Shown: in pieces, positions 38,001 through 50,985 of the stretch | Layout of the letters: every line of letters starts with the position of its first letter | Numbering within the stretch: the stretch's first letter is position 1 | NCBI GenBank assembly: GCA_040954595.2 | Contig: CM082590.2 | Location: 7,440,001 to 7,504,000, forward strand | From: Balanoglossus misakiensis | Taxonomy: Eukaryota; Animalia; Hemichordata | DNA: 64,000 bases | Direction: 5' to 3' | Position numbers and translations under genes: made by a program | The notes under the pieces: generated by a model | Databases searched by the model: none | What the model was told of the DNA's origin: nothing | Seen by the model: the letters and a program-made list of their open reading frames with translations, nothing else

Positions 38001-41000
38001 TAGCAACTCGGAAACGAACGTTTGATCTGTACAGTGTAATCAACGAACAGTGGCATGTACCTTGACAATGACAAATTATTCATATAATGACAAAAACAGT
38101 CACAATCGAAGATCTCCACCGCCTGTTAAATTCAATACTTCATCAATTAAATATCGATTTATAAAAAAAATTGTAATTAGTTCTATCTTTTCATTTCGAG
38201 CCCTTTTTAATTATTTTTGACAACAGCCTTAGTAGACAGACACACACAAAAACCTGAATGTGAGCGTATCTAGGTCAATTGAAACATCAGCCTTGGAAAA
38301 CATCACAGGAATGTTGGCTACATAACAGTGAATTTCATTCATGGTGTTCATTCACAGATACGAAAATCGAGAATTGTCCGCCGTTTTTGACCTTTAACCT
38401 TGGAAATGACCTGAACTGAACTCAGAAATTCACATGTGCTCTGGTTTTCATTCACAGATTTGGAAAATGAGAATTTTTGACAGTTTTTATTTAACCTTTA
38501 AAGGTAGACGGTCACCTATGGAAATTTAGCTACAGTTACCATGGTAAACTTGAGATCTAGCCAATCACGGATTTTCAGTGGGTGTCATACGCAAAAAAAG
38601 AACCTCAAATACGCCATTTCAGCCATATATGGGCGTATTTAAATTGGAGGTGACTGTATACCTTAACCTGGGAAATGATGAACTGAATTCTAGAATACTC
38701 ATAATGCAACCTGAGAATTCTGACTAACAGTATCCTATGATCCCAGTTGAGATGGCAATTTGCCCAGATCGCTTTCCATAATATTTAAATCGCATACAAC
38801 ACCACTTCGTAAGTGAGACTATCCACATTCATTTTTTTTAATAGGAGAAAAATCCATTACACGATCCAGTTCAAATTTCAATCTAACACGTTGGGTCATT
38901 TGCAGTTACTTTATCCCTAAATGGAATATTGACTAAGGCTTTTATTTAACAAATAACAGGTAGAAAGCAAATACTGGTACATGTACATGCAGCTTGTTTC
39001 GACATGCTTCTAGTGTCACGACTGCCTGGTTGCACAATGTACAGAATTCAGACTTAATTACGCAGCAATTGGTTCTATGTACTGACTACAGTCATCTAAA
39101 TTCAATACCATTTTTTTCCATGATTTCTGCGTCATTTTTCACCCCCAGTTCCCTCTTTAGAGGTCCAATCTCACCATAGGAAACAATGGGTTTGGACTGA
39201 ACCATTGTGGTGAAAAGGTAAATTAAACCATTTGCAATCAAGTCAGAATTGTTTTCGTTCAGACACAGCCATTTCCAACGTCTATGTATACCTGAGTTAC
39301 AAAACAATTTTAATTTTTGAATTCGCACGTTGTCACTTTCCAATATACACAATATCAGACACCTGGACCAAGACTGAACCCAAATCCCATTAGTACAGAA
39401 GTATATACGGATGAACATGATTGAATTACGCCTTCGCAATAACCCAGTCACACATTCAGGGTCGCGACACTCGTAAAACATAGCCACACAGCTACACTCC
39501 CCAAAATTAATTTTATTAACACAATCAACGATAACAACAACTGCTGGTATGCTATGAATAATTTTATCCAAAACACACAAATAGGCTGGTTACATTTACA
39601 GCATTTATTTCAACTATGTTAGTTCTACACTGGCATGTCAAATTTTGGCTACTCTAGCATTGTGTTATTGGCTACACTGTCACATAACCTGTAATGTGAT
39701 TGGCTACACTAGTATTGAGATTTTGGCTACATTATCATAATACTGTAAAACACTTTATTTTCGTGAGTTAGAATTTTCGCGATATCCAGAGAGGCCACTG
39801 TTTCGCGAGTATTAATTTTCGCGTTCTCTTATTTCATTCACTGCATCATTATCTTCAAAAACAATTTACGCGACTTTTTATTTTCACGCTCTTTTGGCTC
39901 TTGCGTATTTCGCGGAAATTTATTGCTCGCGAAAATAAAGTGTTTTACAGTATTACAGCAAAATTGATTCCTGTACGTTTCTCATTGTAGATTCCAAGTT
40001 GCCAAAGACATAAAAGTTCCAAACGCTGCCATGTTTACAGTGAACAAAGAAGACCATACACTCAGCAATCTTCTTAGAAGGTGGGTTTATGAAAAGAAGG
40101 TAGAGTGGAACCAATAAATCATGTCAAAACACCGGACCAAACATTCAGTTTCCAGGTCACGGACAGCTGTCACAACAACTGGTGGCCTGAAAGAACCAAT
40201 GTACCAGAAAGTTACAATGGTGATGAAAACAAAAGACCGCCACCTTTCTTTTGTCATCGAACAACATGAGGTCCCAACTGCATTGTCTAGTCTTAACTGG
40301 GCAGAAAATCGTGTCCACTAGATTAAAACGACATCGTAGAAACAATACACCAATCTATGATCACCCTCCTTGTTACTGGGTCAGTGCGTTTGTTCCGGTA
40401 CATTTGCGAAATCTGCTTCAAGTCAAATGGACCAATCAGAAATAACCTCGGCCTTACTGATATTTATACTTCTCTGATCAGGTGATCTCAAATTTTTCAA
40501 GACAAAAGTTACAATTTCAATAGAACATTACCATATCTACGTATTAAGGACACCTCTCCATTACATATTTTTTTTCTATTTCCACTAGTATCCTTGCAGT
40601 GATGTACATTGTAGCAGACACACTTTGCGCCTACTTTGACTTACTAGCAACTGAGTCGTATGGGACACATACCCACAGCTGCAGATGGGACTACGCCTAC
40701 CCTTAACTTTTTATAATACTGTTTGAGGACTTGGCATAGATAAACAATTGACAACTACTACTTTTAACAGACTCCTTCACGACTCATTTTATGATTACAC
40801 ATGTACTTTAAATCACTTGTCCAGATAACAATACTGCAACGCATTATCTTCTATTGAGCGTATAAAACCCAATCAGACCACATAAACGGTTTGATAATCG
40901 AAAATAAACTTTATATTTATGGATACTTGAGTGTCTTAGGCAAACAGTTAAATAGGTCTATGATTATGAATGGTACTGGCTGTGTTCTGAGATACAGTGA

Positions 41001-44000
41001 TCAGTGAGTGGAACTTATTTTTCATGCTAGAATTATGTTGGCAGTGAGATTTGAAAAGCACCAGTTTTAGGGTTTACCTGTGTTATATTAAAACCCTTTT
41101 CATGACCAAGTTTTATAAGAACTACACATCCACAAATGTGTTTAACCCTTTCAACCCCATTTCCCTGTATACAGGTCCAACTTTACCATACAAAACAATG
41201 GAATTGGACCAAAGTATGGTGGTGAGTGTTGATGGCAATAACATACCATCAATTGTCACAGCTGCACAGTAAACACATTACACAACACTGGTCGGCAAAT
41301 TTACATTATCTTTACAATAGTCAGCTCACCATTGCGTATACCACCAATTGAACAAGTAAAATTTGCAGGCAGACATGTACACTCACCTATGATCATATAT
41401 TAAAGGGACAAAGTCTCTCTCTCTCTCTCGTTGCCCTTTTTACATTAATTATGTTTGATACAAGACACCGTTGATATTATTCTACATGTGGATATATAGT
41501 GAATCAACATTCGAACACACACAATTTCCATCCCGTTTGTAGGAGATGGGAGTAAAATCTCACCCAAAATGAATAAATGGTAGAGACCGATTATTCGTTT
41601 TGGCGAATTGTTTTACTCGTACGTCTACAAGCAGGATGGAAGGTGTGTGTGGTTGAACATTGATTCACTATATATCCACATGTAGAATAACATAAACAGT
41701 GTCTTGTATCAAACATAATTAATGGAAGAAGGGCAGGAAGAGAGACTTTGTCCCTTTGACCCTTTCACAACCATGGTTCTATTATAAAGTCAGACAGACA
41801 CCCAATAAAGGGAAGTGAAGGTAAAAAAAATCAAAACGCAGAATACTAAGCTTGCCATACATGTCACGACAAGCATTATTTACAATCCTATTTATGACAT
41901 TCTTCAACTGCTCAGTAAAGTTTATCAGTCGAGTATGCCCCACTCCAGCTTAAATTTATGTTAAATAAACTCGGATTATCTGCTTGTGTTCCCTGTTTTT
42001 GAATCACATCCCCTGTACATATTGATACACCCCACCCCACCCCCACGTTCTATCAACTGACTTCTCACACTAATCATAAATGGTACTTCACTGAGAAATA
42101 GGTTAGACAAGGAAATAACAAAGATCAACAAATCTATGGGACACAATGAGTGCTTAGACAAGGAAATAACAACTTTGTTTTCAAAAAATTTATGACACAG
42201 TATGAGTGCCACTCAAGACCATACAATGTATATTCTACCACCATGACAGAAATCAACTCAGTGTTTTTTTCTGCCTTGACTTGGGAATAGAATATACAGG
42301 TGAATCCATACAAAACTGGTGAAACATTGCCCATCACCACATATGCAGAGAGGAACCTCAACTTCACCCTTTCACCATGGTTCAGTCCAAACCCATTGTT
42401 TTCTATGGTAAGGTTGGACCTCTACATAGGAAACTGGGGGTGTTTAACCCTTTCAAGCCTGATTTTCTGGGAACGTATCTGAATTTCTCCTATATATAGG
42501 ATATCCGGCCAGAAAGGCTTAATACACCTTTGGCAACAGCCCTTGCAAAAACACTTGAACTTACAACTTAATATTTGTGAACTGTGTTGAAATAACGAAA
42601 AAATTTAAATACAGGACCAGTCACTTCTTGTGCCCAACATCTGTTTAGTTTAAAATTAACTTATCATACCATTCAAACTATGTTCAAAGTCTTCCTCTTT
42701 ATAATCAATTCTGGAAATCTTTGTGTGCGTTCTCCTTCAATTTAACCCTTTCACCACCATGGTTCAGTCCCAATCCCATTGTTTTCTACTAAGGTTGGAC
42801 CTCTAAACAATGGATTTGGACTGAACCATGGTGGTGAAAGGGTTAAACCAGAGCTGATGCAGAGGTGAATCATTCTACACATTCTAGCATCATTCCCCTT
42901 TAATAGAACCAGCAACTATATTCGTTTCTACCCAAAATATACAGATGAATCCTACAACAGTCATTAACCCTTTCAGCCCCATTTCCCAATATAGATGATC
43001 CAACATTTCCATTGAAAACACCGGATTTAGATCAAACCATGGTGGTGAAAAGGTTAAAATATAGGTGAATCATTCTGTAGTTTTTAGCTTTACTCTTTCA
43101 ACAGATACGCTTGCACTACTGTAAAATGGGTTATTTTCAAGGGCAATAAGTTTTCGCGAAATACGCGCGAGCCAAAAAAAGGAAAATAAAAAGTCACGTA
43201 AAATGTTTTTGGGAGACAACGATGCAGTTAGTGAAATACGAGAACGCGAAAATTAATCCTCGCATAACAGTCGCCTCTTTTGATATTGCGAAAATTAACT
43301 GTCGAGAAAATAACCCGTTTTACAGTATTTTACAAAAAGAAGGTTTTTTTTAAAAATAGCACGTAGAACGGAAGTCTCACACCTACTTTCCATCTGTTCC
43401 TGTGATATGTAACACATGTTTTTTGCTTAAATAGATCAAATCACAAAGGTGATTTACTGGTCATAACCATGGCAACAGGCTAATCCAATACACTATTAAT
43501 ATCAATGAATGGGGAATAGACAAAAAATGCTACGTCAGCAATATACAAATCTTGACATGTACAGCCAGGCAAAGACTGATAAATATTACAAAATGTAGTC
43601 TTGTTTTACTACATGTTTTATATAATTTGCTTATTTTCTTTTATGTTCATTTAATTCATTCATCCTGGACAATCATTTCCTCTAGTAACAAATCACAAAA
43701 TCCTCACCATTTTAATTTCCTGTTAGCCAAGAAAAAGCAGATAAAGTTGGGCTGAAAATGATATTTTATTTTCGGAAAATAAATTTTACCGATAACCAGC
43801 AGTAATAAAGTTTTTCCAAAGCAGTGTTCTCCCCAGAACAAAGAAAGCATGTTGGCCACTGCATTTAAATGTCAGTAATTCTTCATTAATTCCTCAAAAT
43901 TAATTCTATTTTAATGCAAATTACAGATCTTGCTATCAGGAATTCCCAATAGAGAACACTGCAAGGGCTAACAGCTTCTTATAAACTGTTTACTTTTTTG

Positions 44001-45447
44001 TTGTCAGAAGAACACACAATGCCTTTTTCCAACCACTGTTTCCATGGAAACGTGTTTTACATGAGCAGCACTGCATTGACTTAAATGACAGTGCAGTGAA
44101 TGAGGGTTCCATTATAAGATGGACACACCCAATCACATTATATTCAAATCTTGTCTTCTGGATGTCCATCCAGCGTGTGAACTTTTTAAAACAAGTTTTC
44201 CATCACGCCCTTTCTGAACGTGAAAAAAGGCATTTAAGTCGACTTTAATACATTTACCCTTCGACCTTCCCAATTCATTGTGTATATCGAGTTCCCCCCG
44301 CCCTGAAAACGTGTCCATCAATTCATGTGTACGTCTTGGCGAACTTAGAGCGATTAGAAACGAGGTCAGGACACATGAAAGTTTGTTGACCTGGTACAAG
44401 CAACGCCATCCACGTTGACCCACGGGGACTAGACAGTGGGGCCGGGGGCACACACCCGCCACCCACGGGGGGATCTCTGTCTTATTATTTCTCCATTGTG
44501 ACAGCCACAAAGAGCTAACGTGTCAACAAGAACCACAAAAGCTCACCAATCGACTTTATAATTATCCTCCGGCTTTGTATTGGAGTATAACAATACGACC
44601 GTGGAAGGTGTGAACGAACTTTTCTCTCTTCCGGTCGGACACCAGAAAAATTAACTAAGTTAAATTTCTTCCACGTTGACGGAAATCGCTCTAATTTTGT
44701 CGTCCTCAGTCATGACTGAATCACAAGATAGTTTGACAATCATCCCGAGTAAAACGCACATGTAGACCATGGCCATGAGTAGAACCACGATCACCATAGA
44801 CGCGGGTCTATAACCTTACCACAGTAAACAGCAATAGCTAGCTACATATTAAAATCTCATTTTCTGTCATTCTAAACACTTTTTCTCGCAAAGAAAAAGA
44901 AGGCCCGTCTTCACGACAACTATTATCTTCATCGCTTATTTCAGTATTACCTTCTCCCGGGTCAAAATGATGAGAAAAAACATTACTATTTTTTAAATGG
45001 TCGAATTTTTGAGTGGTCAGCAACCGAGAGAATAAATGTGTACATTACCACATATCACAATACACGACTAAGGACAGCAAAACAAATCATGTTTACATAG
45101 CTACCATTGCCAGGACAAAGTTTTGGATTAAATATATTAAAAGAGAGAAACTAAAAACGGGGCGTGTATTATTTTTTTAATAAACTTACCTGGTAGATTG
45201 TCCACGTTAATATGTATCGGAGGATAGTCCATAAGACAGCGAACCCAAAGATGAGCGAAGCATCAGTCCACGTCCAAAAACAATACTGCGAACACTGTCC
45301 GAAATAGCTGAAATCTGGCGTTAGATTATCGATCAGTTTCTTCTGGCCCCTCGCTACTTCCGACAACATTAAAAGGTAACTCGGGGTGGCCGAAAACCCG
45401 AGATCCTGGCCGTTTATATCATCTGCTCGCGTTTCCATGTCCGCCAT
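17021..45447 (-). CDS. CERS1: Ceramide synthase 1-like, copy A, complete 7-exon CDS: join(45190-45447, 35964-36123, 21351-21531, 19814-19975, 19252-19390, 18244-18353, 17021-17084); 1074 nt, 357 aa
   Basis: All six introns are GT-AG with compatible phases (0,1,2,2,0,2) and the spliced frame is open. Lag1p motif RKDFVMMLVHH...LFCHDLTD, KAPES..K..WY..SW, LRLYWYPLKVLY, MNIYWF and DIRE are present. The N-terminal TPSY and the lack of a Hox-like domain fit the CERS1 clade. Ends KKEN*. Confidence 0.93.
18244..18353 (-). CDS. CERS1: CERS1-A exon 6 (FIITMLFRLLLGKADELTDIREE...)
   Basis: tttcag acceptor, GTAAGT donor, 110 nt; conserved DxRE. Confidence 0.9.
19252..19390 (-). CDS. CERS1: CERS1-A exon 5 (IVLRLYWYPLKVLY...MNIYWFS)
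   Basis: ttccag acceptor, GTAAGT donor, 139 nt. Confidence 0.93.
19814..19975 (-). CDS. CERS1: CERS1-A exon 4 (YHRIGLLVLFCHDLTDICLETAK...FAVSW)
   Basis: catag acceptor, GTAAGT donor, 162 nt; HDxxD motif. Confidence 0.95.
20058..20352. mobile_element. piggyBac-like MITE (TTAA|CCCTAA...TTAGGG|TTAA)
   Basis: TTAA flanks and CCCT termini; its left end recurs at ~22943-22995. Confidence 0.65.
21351..21531 (-). CDS. CERS1: CERS1-A exon 3 (WYNGMPVPFDIY...RKDFVMMLVHH...FLVR)
   Basis: ccacag acceptor, GTGAG donor, 181 nt; carries the HH dyad of the Lag1p motif. Confidence 0.95.
23990..24170. repeat. ~30-bp degenerate minisatellite (TGTTACAATGTTGCAAAT core)
   Basis: Core recurs 6 times. Confidence 0.75.
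31484..31649. mobile_element. TA-flanked CAGTCAAACCTG MITE (Tigger/pogo-like termini)
   Basis: TA|CAGTCAAACCTGT...ACAGGTTTGACTG|TA. An interrupted copy lies at ~17629-18124 and a relative at ~51268-51441. Confidence 0.8.
32552..32735. repeat. ~50-bp degenerate tandem repeat (AAAAAGATCATTA..TACAGAAGAATATTCT)
   Basis: About 4 units. Confidence 0.7.
35964..36123 (-). CDS. CERS1: CERS1-A exon 2 (PFFARLKLDPEDEAKAPESSFKSIWYTCSWAY...QEPKLVFA)
   Basis: ttgacag acceptor, GTGAG donor, 160 nt; same size as copy B exon 2. Confidence 0.92.
39991..40080 (+). pseudogene. POLR2J: Isolated POLR2J/RPB11 (RNA polymerase II subunit) internal exon
   Basis: tttctcattgtag|90 nt|GTGGGT. Translates FQVAKDIKVPNAAMFTVNKEDHTLSNLLR, versus recalled RPB11 [29 protein letters not shown]. 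Flanking exons not seen; conserved HTLG reads HTLS. Confidence 0.82.
45190..45447 (-). CDS. CERS1: CERS1-A exon 1 (MADMETRADD...WTILRYILTWTIYQ)
   Basis: aaagATGGCG start context, 86 codons, then GTAAGT donor. W..LR transmembrane motif as in the CERS1 N-terminus. Confidence 0.85.
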
Positions 45448-48148
45448 CTTTACTACTACTGTGGTAATGACTGGGACAGCGTGAGCGCGAGCGATGATAT
45501 CATCTTGGGCGAAACCATTATAATCAGTGGGTAAAACGCCAACTAAACTCGCGTTACTAACCCTTACAAACACTATATTTTCACATTTCCGACTTACGCA
45601 CATCACTACCAGACAATATAAACGTTATTATAACTACAGTAATTTTTAATAATTCACATTTTGTGATTAAACACACTTCGCGTGATGATGATGTACCAAC
45701 CTACATTTGAATAGTCACTACCAATATTGAAACAAGGTTATCTGTGGGGCGCGTTGCTATAATGTTTTGACACATGCACATTGTATCCAAGTATCTTTGA
45801 CAAATTTGGACCTCTTACTACCGGAAACGGATATATTTTAGCAACATTGTATCAAACACATCAGGACAAAGGCTACATATAACAATATTCATCAAATAAA
45901 TACCATTTCATACCAGCTGTGAGCCTTATACAATATGAGATTGAACAAAAGTGGTTTTATAGACTTTTACTAAAAATAGACATTTCCGGTGATCGCCCCT
46001 TATTCTGTATCGACACAAAGCATGCTGATCAATCGATCGACGCCATTATGGATTAACAAATTTAATCGATCAAATGGAGATAAATATCAGCCTACAGGGG
46101 GCGCTGTTTACACGACTAAACAATGATAATTTTCACAATAACAGCCAACATCTCTTTGCGTTATTTTGTCATCTTTTGGCAAGCATACCAGGATAGCTGT
46201 GTACTGTTTGTATGGAGGCTGATTAAATGGGTGCAACACCAATTAATATATCCGTTAAATTACAACATACAGCCACAATCGGGCATCAAAAGATACTTAT
46301 GTACACCTATCAGTAACCTAATATTGAAATGGACCGATCTAATTTGGAAAGAAAAATCACGACAATAATGCAAAAAGTGGCAGCTCTTGAGGCTTTAATT
46401 TTACTATAAAGAAAGATTAATTTTATGAAGAAAGATTCAAAAACACAATATTCAAATAATTTCATTAGTTTATTTATCAAATAGCATTAATCAAACACAA
46501 CTGGTATATGCAAATTTTTTTAAACCAGTACACAAACCCACAAACAAGAAACTCACAAACTACACATGAAAAATTCAACTGACAAAAACAAAGCCTTCAT
46601 TTACTAGTTATTTCACCCCTTATATAACAAGATATGTAGAATGGCCCTTCTATATCAATTCATTGCAGGCAACTCTATTAGTAAAATAGGGGTGAGCCAA
46701 AGTTACTCCAGCAGAAATTACATTTTTTTGTAATAATCTTGACTATGTAAGGCATCTCAAAAAAATTATTAACTCAATATACAAGAACATGGTTTCTAAC
46801 AAGAAACAATTTTGTCGTACGACAAGATAAGTGTTATTAAAATACTGCAAAACGGGAAATTTTTTCATAACAGGAAATTTTCCCGATATCAAAAGAAACA
46901 ACTGTTCTCGATAATTAATTTTCGTATTCTCATATTTCACTAACTGCATAGATATCCTCGAAAAACATCTATACACAACTTATTTGGTTTATATCGCAAA
47001 GTTTGCGAAAATTTACGTTGGCAAAATTTCCTGTTTTACAGTATACAAATGAACTCAAAATCAACCTCTTTTTGTTTTGTCAATGAAGACCATATGCATT
47101 GTTTTGTTATAACTTTGAGAATAAATACAATGTAACATAGAACTAAACATTGTACACTATGCTGCTGACATTAAAAAAAAAAACATTGTTATTGCTTACT
47201 CCTGAAAGACCTCCTGGTTTTAACGCTTTCACCACCATGGTTTGGTCCAACTCTATTGTTTTCTATGGTAAAGTTGGACCTCTACACATGGAAATGGGGG
47301 TGTAAGGGTTCAAGCCCCAGGGGTGAAAGGGTTCAAACTCCTGTACCTGTTTCTTTTCACATTTGCTTACCAAAATATCAGACCGGTATATGTTTTGGAT
47401 TCTGGTTATTAAGCTATATTGTTTTTGAAAACGTTGCCTTTGAAAATGTTGCTATTTCAATGACTGGCAATGATTGGTGTTTCAAACTACGGCATATTTG
47501 GAATTTGCCGCGTTGAGAAAAGAGGAACTTCAGGTAAATCAATGTGCCACAATAATCGAAACTGGGAATGTGACACTTTTTTGTTTTTAAAACAAAACAT
47601 TTCTCCAAGTAAAGCAACTTCAAAACAGGGGAACAGTGTACCTGTCAAATTGTACAAGATGGAAAACAATGTTTTTATACTTTTCATATATTTCCCTGTG
47701 TTCTCGCCAGAACAATACAAACTCATTAACATAACAATTCTTGATATTGTTATGCAAATGAGCCAATACTGTATCAGAAATTCCTGGGGAGAACACTGCT
47801 TCCAAATACATTTGATGTCGTAAGCATTCATTACTTGGAAACCCAGGCAACAGTTACCAGGGTTACCTCGCATAAATCTTAATACAATGCTCCTAACATG
47901 CCCGTGAAAAAGAAAAGTTACAAAACCACAGATACTACTAATAATATGTGACAGCCTTTTCATATCCATGTTACATTATGTCAAAGGTCAAATGTTACAT
48001 TCTCTGCCTACGTAACTAATGTCTACAAACACATTTATTTAAATTCCTTTCTGAGCTCCTGACAAAGTAGAGGGCGCTGTTCAGTCCCCCATAGTCGAAA
48101 ATGACAACTCTGCAATGTGCCAACACATTCACTCTGGTTAAATGTTAA

Positions 48149-48498
48149 AGGGACAAAGTCTCTCTCTCGCTGCCCTTTTGCCATTAATTATGTTTGATAC
48201 AAGACACCGTTTATGTTATTCTACATGTGGAATTCTATATAGTGAATCAACGTTCGACCACACACAACTTCCATCCACTTGTAGACACGAGAGTGAAAAA
48301 CTCGCCAAAATGAATAATTGGTCACTACTGTTTATTCATTTAGGCGAGATTTTTACTCTCATATCCTCCAAACCTGATGGAAGTTGTGTGTGGTTGAACG
48401 TTGATTCATTATATATCCACATGTAGAATAACATAAATGGTGTCTTGTTTCAAACATAACAAATGGAAAAAGGGCAGCAAGAGAGAGACTTAGTCCCT
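48149..48498. mobile_element. Palindromic ~350-bp TTAA-flanked MITE family (AGGGACAAAGTCTCTCTC...; Kolobok-like termini), representative of 11 copies
   Basis: Long self-complementary arms, mostly TTAA flanks. Other copies at ~17708-18054, 19490-19746 (partial), 20901-21223, 22244-22704, 25163-25373 + 25903-26078 (split), 28735-29098, 36191-36558, 41404-41755, 52035-52385, 60645-60985. Confidence 0.92.
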
Positions 48499-49788
48499 TT
48501 AAATGTTAAACTAACAAACTACACAACTACAAGGTTTTAATTCTCCAAACAAGTACCATAAAATGGGAAATTTTCGCGACAGTTAATTTTCGTGATATCA
48601 CCACGGTAATGAGTGTCTAATTTACATATGCCCATGTAAACACCTATGGATTAGCATTTGCTTTGTGTGCTCAGAAACAGAAATAACTTACAAAAACAAG
48701 AAACGTAACAAAAAATAATCGAAATAATATCAAAAGACGACGTTGTCTCGTTACTGGACAACAATTGGACACAATTGAACAAAGTTTACTGGCTCATGTC
48801 TCGTAACATGGCACCCAACACTCCCCATAATGCTGGAATAATGAAACAGTCCATTTTTTTGCGACTACAACATTTCATATATAGGGTAATATGAACAGAT
48901 GAAATTTACAAGTCCATACTATACTAATTGCGCTTTTTTAGTTTGGAGTAAAAAATAACTGTTAGCTTTTCTGAAAGGCACTTCTTTAAGCATGACATTT
49001 GCATATATTCAGAGCATATATAAAGGAAACTTTCTTTGACTTCATTTTTAATTAAAAAAATTTAATTAACAGTTTAGCTATATTCTCTTCATAATGGATT
49101 GTCACATCACTGTGAAATGTTAGAATTTTACAGACTGCTTCAGGTATTGTCGAACTGTTTTTCAAACTTTTTGTTGAATAAATCATACTTTTAGTTAATC
49201 TAGGCCTGTTATATATTGCACTGTTAATATATAGTTTTCATAAAAATAATCGTAGCTAAAGATGCACTCAATTCATTTTTATAATACATAAAGCTTGACC
49301 ATTATTAAAGAAAACAATGGATTTGGACCAAACCATTGTGATGAAAGGGTGAATCAAATGGTAACATGTGACTGAATACGGACTGGCTTCTACTGTAAGA
49401 CAGTTTTCAGAGTAGACAAGTTTCTCTGTACAATACCACTTTTCAACAGTGGATCGTACCATTATGAAGAGAATATAGGGAAGATATGGCAATCACAGAT
49501 TTCACAGTAGAATGATACAAATTATATTAGCGAATAACAATTCATTTTAGTTCCTTGGATAAAGAAAAAAAAGTATATAAATGCGTTCAATATTTTAAAA
49601 AAACATACGATAATAATAGCCATTGTGTCCTGCTAACAGTAACACCTCTCCACCCCTGAATCAAGTTCATTTTGGTATCAACCTTCACACCTGAGGTCAA
49701 GTTCATTTCTTTCATAGGTGTGGTCAGGATTGCACATTTAAGGAAAATATTAAATCGTCTACCTCTATTCCAATAACTTCAGTACACG

Positions 49789-50364
49789 GCAGAACTATCA
49801 TACTGAAATGTGATTTTTGGCAGGGCTACACACTCTCATATAAACCCCCCTGAAGTTCGGATGTTAGGGGGCTGAGGCAAGCATGTGGCATACAGGCATA
49901 TGGCATGCAAACATGTGGCGTGCCAGCATGTGGTATGCATCATGTGGAATACGAGCATGTGGCATGCCATCATATGGTATGTCAACATGTGGCATGCAGC
50001 ATGTGGCATACAAGCATATGGCATGCAAACATGTGGGAAAGCAGCATGTGGCATACTAGCATATGGCGCGCAAATATGAGGCATGCAAACATGTGGTATA
50101 TCAGTATGTGGCACACAGGCATATGGCATGTCAGCATGTGGCATAAAAGCATGTGGCAAAGCAGCATGTGGTTTACCAGGATGTTACATGCAAGCATGTG
50201 GCAAATCATCATGTGGCATGTCAGCATGTCACATACCAGCATGCACCACACAAGCATATGGCATACCTGCATGTGGCCTATAAGCATGTGACATACAATC
50301 ATGTGGCATGCCTAAGACAAGTCTGAGGCAAGTCAGGCACCCCCAGACAGTACGATAGTTCTGC
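49789..50364. mobile_element. TIR element carrying a 15-bp minisatellite (GCATGTGGCATRCAA-like, ~29 copies, 49878-50310)
   Basis: 17-bp inverted ends GCAGAACTATCATACTG / CAGTACGATAGTTCTGC (1 mismatch) bracket the array. Confidence 0.72.
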
Positions 50365-50900
50365 AAATAACTGTACCCCGGCATAATACCGATTTAGCAA
50401 AATCATTAACAAAGTACTGATGAATCTGCGATCACAATCAAGTAGAATAAACCAATTTCAATTACCCCCCGCTCATTTCACCACATGGTAAAATCCTAGT
50501 CATCTTACTAGGAGACTTGTCCATTTCTTAGAAATAGGGGTGGACAGGCGTAGAACTACTTTTTTACACGAAAACAGCAAATCATACAGAAATTTTCTTT
50601 GCTGTGGTTAAACTTTTCTCCTCTTTTTAATTACATACACCCAGAATTTCTGGGTCTGAATTTTGAAATAGAAAATGCTAATGAGCAGAAAACCTTCAAA
50701 GGTGTAATTATCATTTTTTTTTTAAGTGGTACAATTATTAAACAACAACCATTTCATCAACTTGGTTACAATACACTGTACATCGAATTCTACAACAATA
50801 ACAATATCTCACCCTCATCTACCCAGAATAGTGGTGCGACCCTAACATCTTCTATGATGGGAGATTCTACTCGGTATTGACTACGGGGATTTCTGCTATT

Positions 50901-50985
50901 TTAATCAGCCTTCTTTGTCGTTGTACGTTGACGTGTTGTTTTAATTACACCGTCCACGCCGTTTGGTACATGAACATCGTTGTTC
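50901..50985 (-). CDS. CERS1: CERS1-B terminal exon 7 (NNDVHVPNGVDG...TKKAD*)
   Basis: ttctcctctctgcag acceptor with correct phase; NGV motif; KKxx end. Confidence 0.82.

Noticed and set aside
45448-45606. N-terminal extension of the CERS1-A ORF from the upstream ATG (MMCVSRK...)
   Set aside because: No CerS similarity, and the ATG at 45447 has better context and gives a typical CERS1 length; not fully excluded without 5' data.
48142-48426. Recurrent small ORFs MFDTRHRLCYSTCG... as a peptide family
   Set aside because: They are translations of the palindromic MITE, with inconsistent frames and stops among copies.
49836-50302. Cys/His/Met-rich metallothionein-like ORFs
   Set aside because: Arise in several frames on both strands from a 15-bp minisatellite inside a TIR element.
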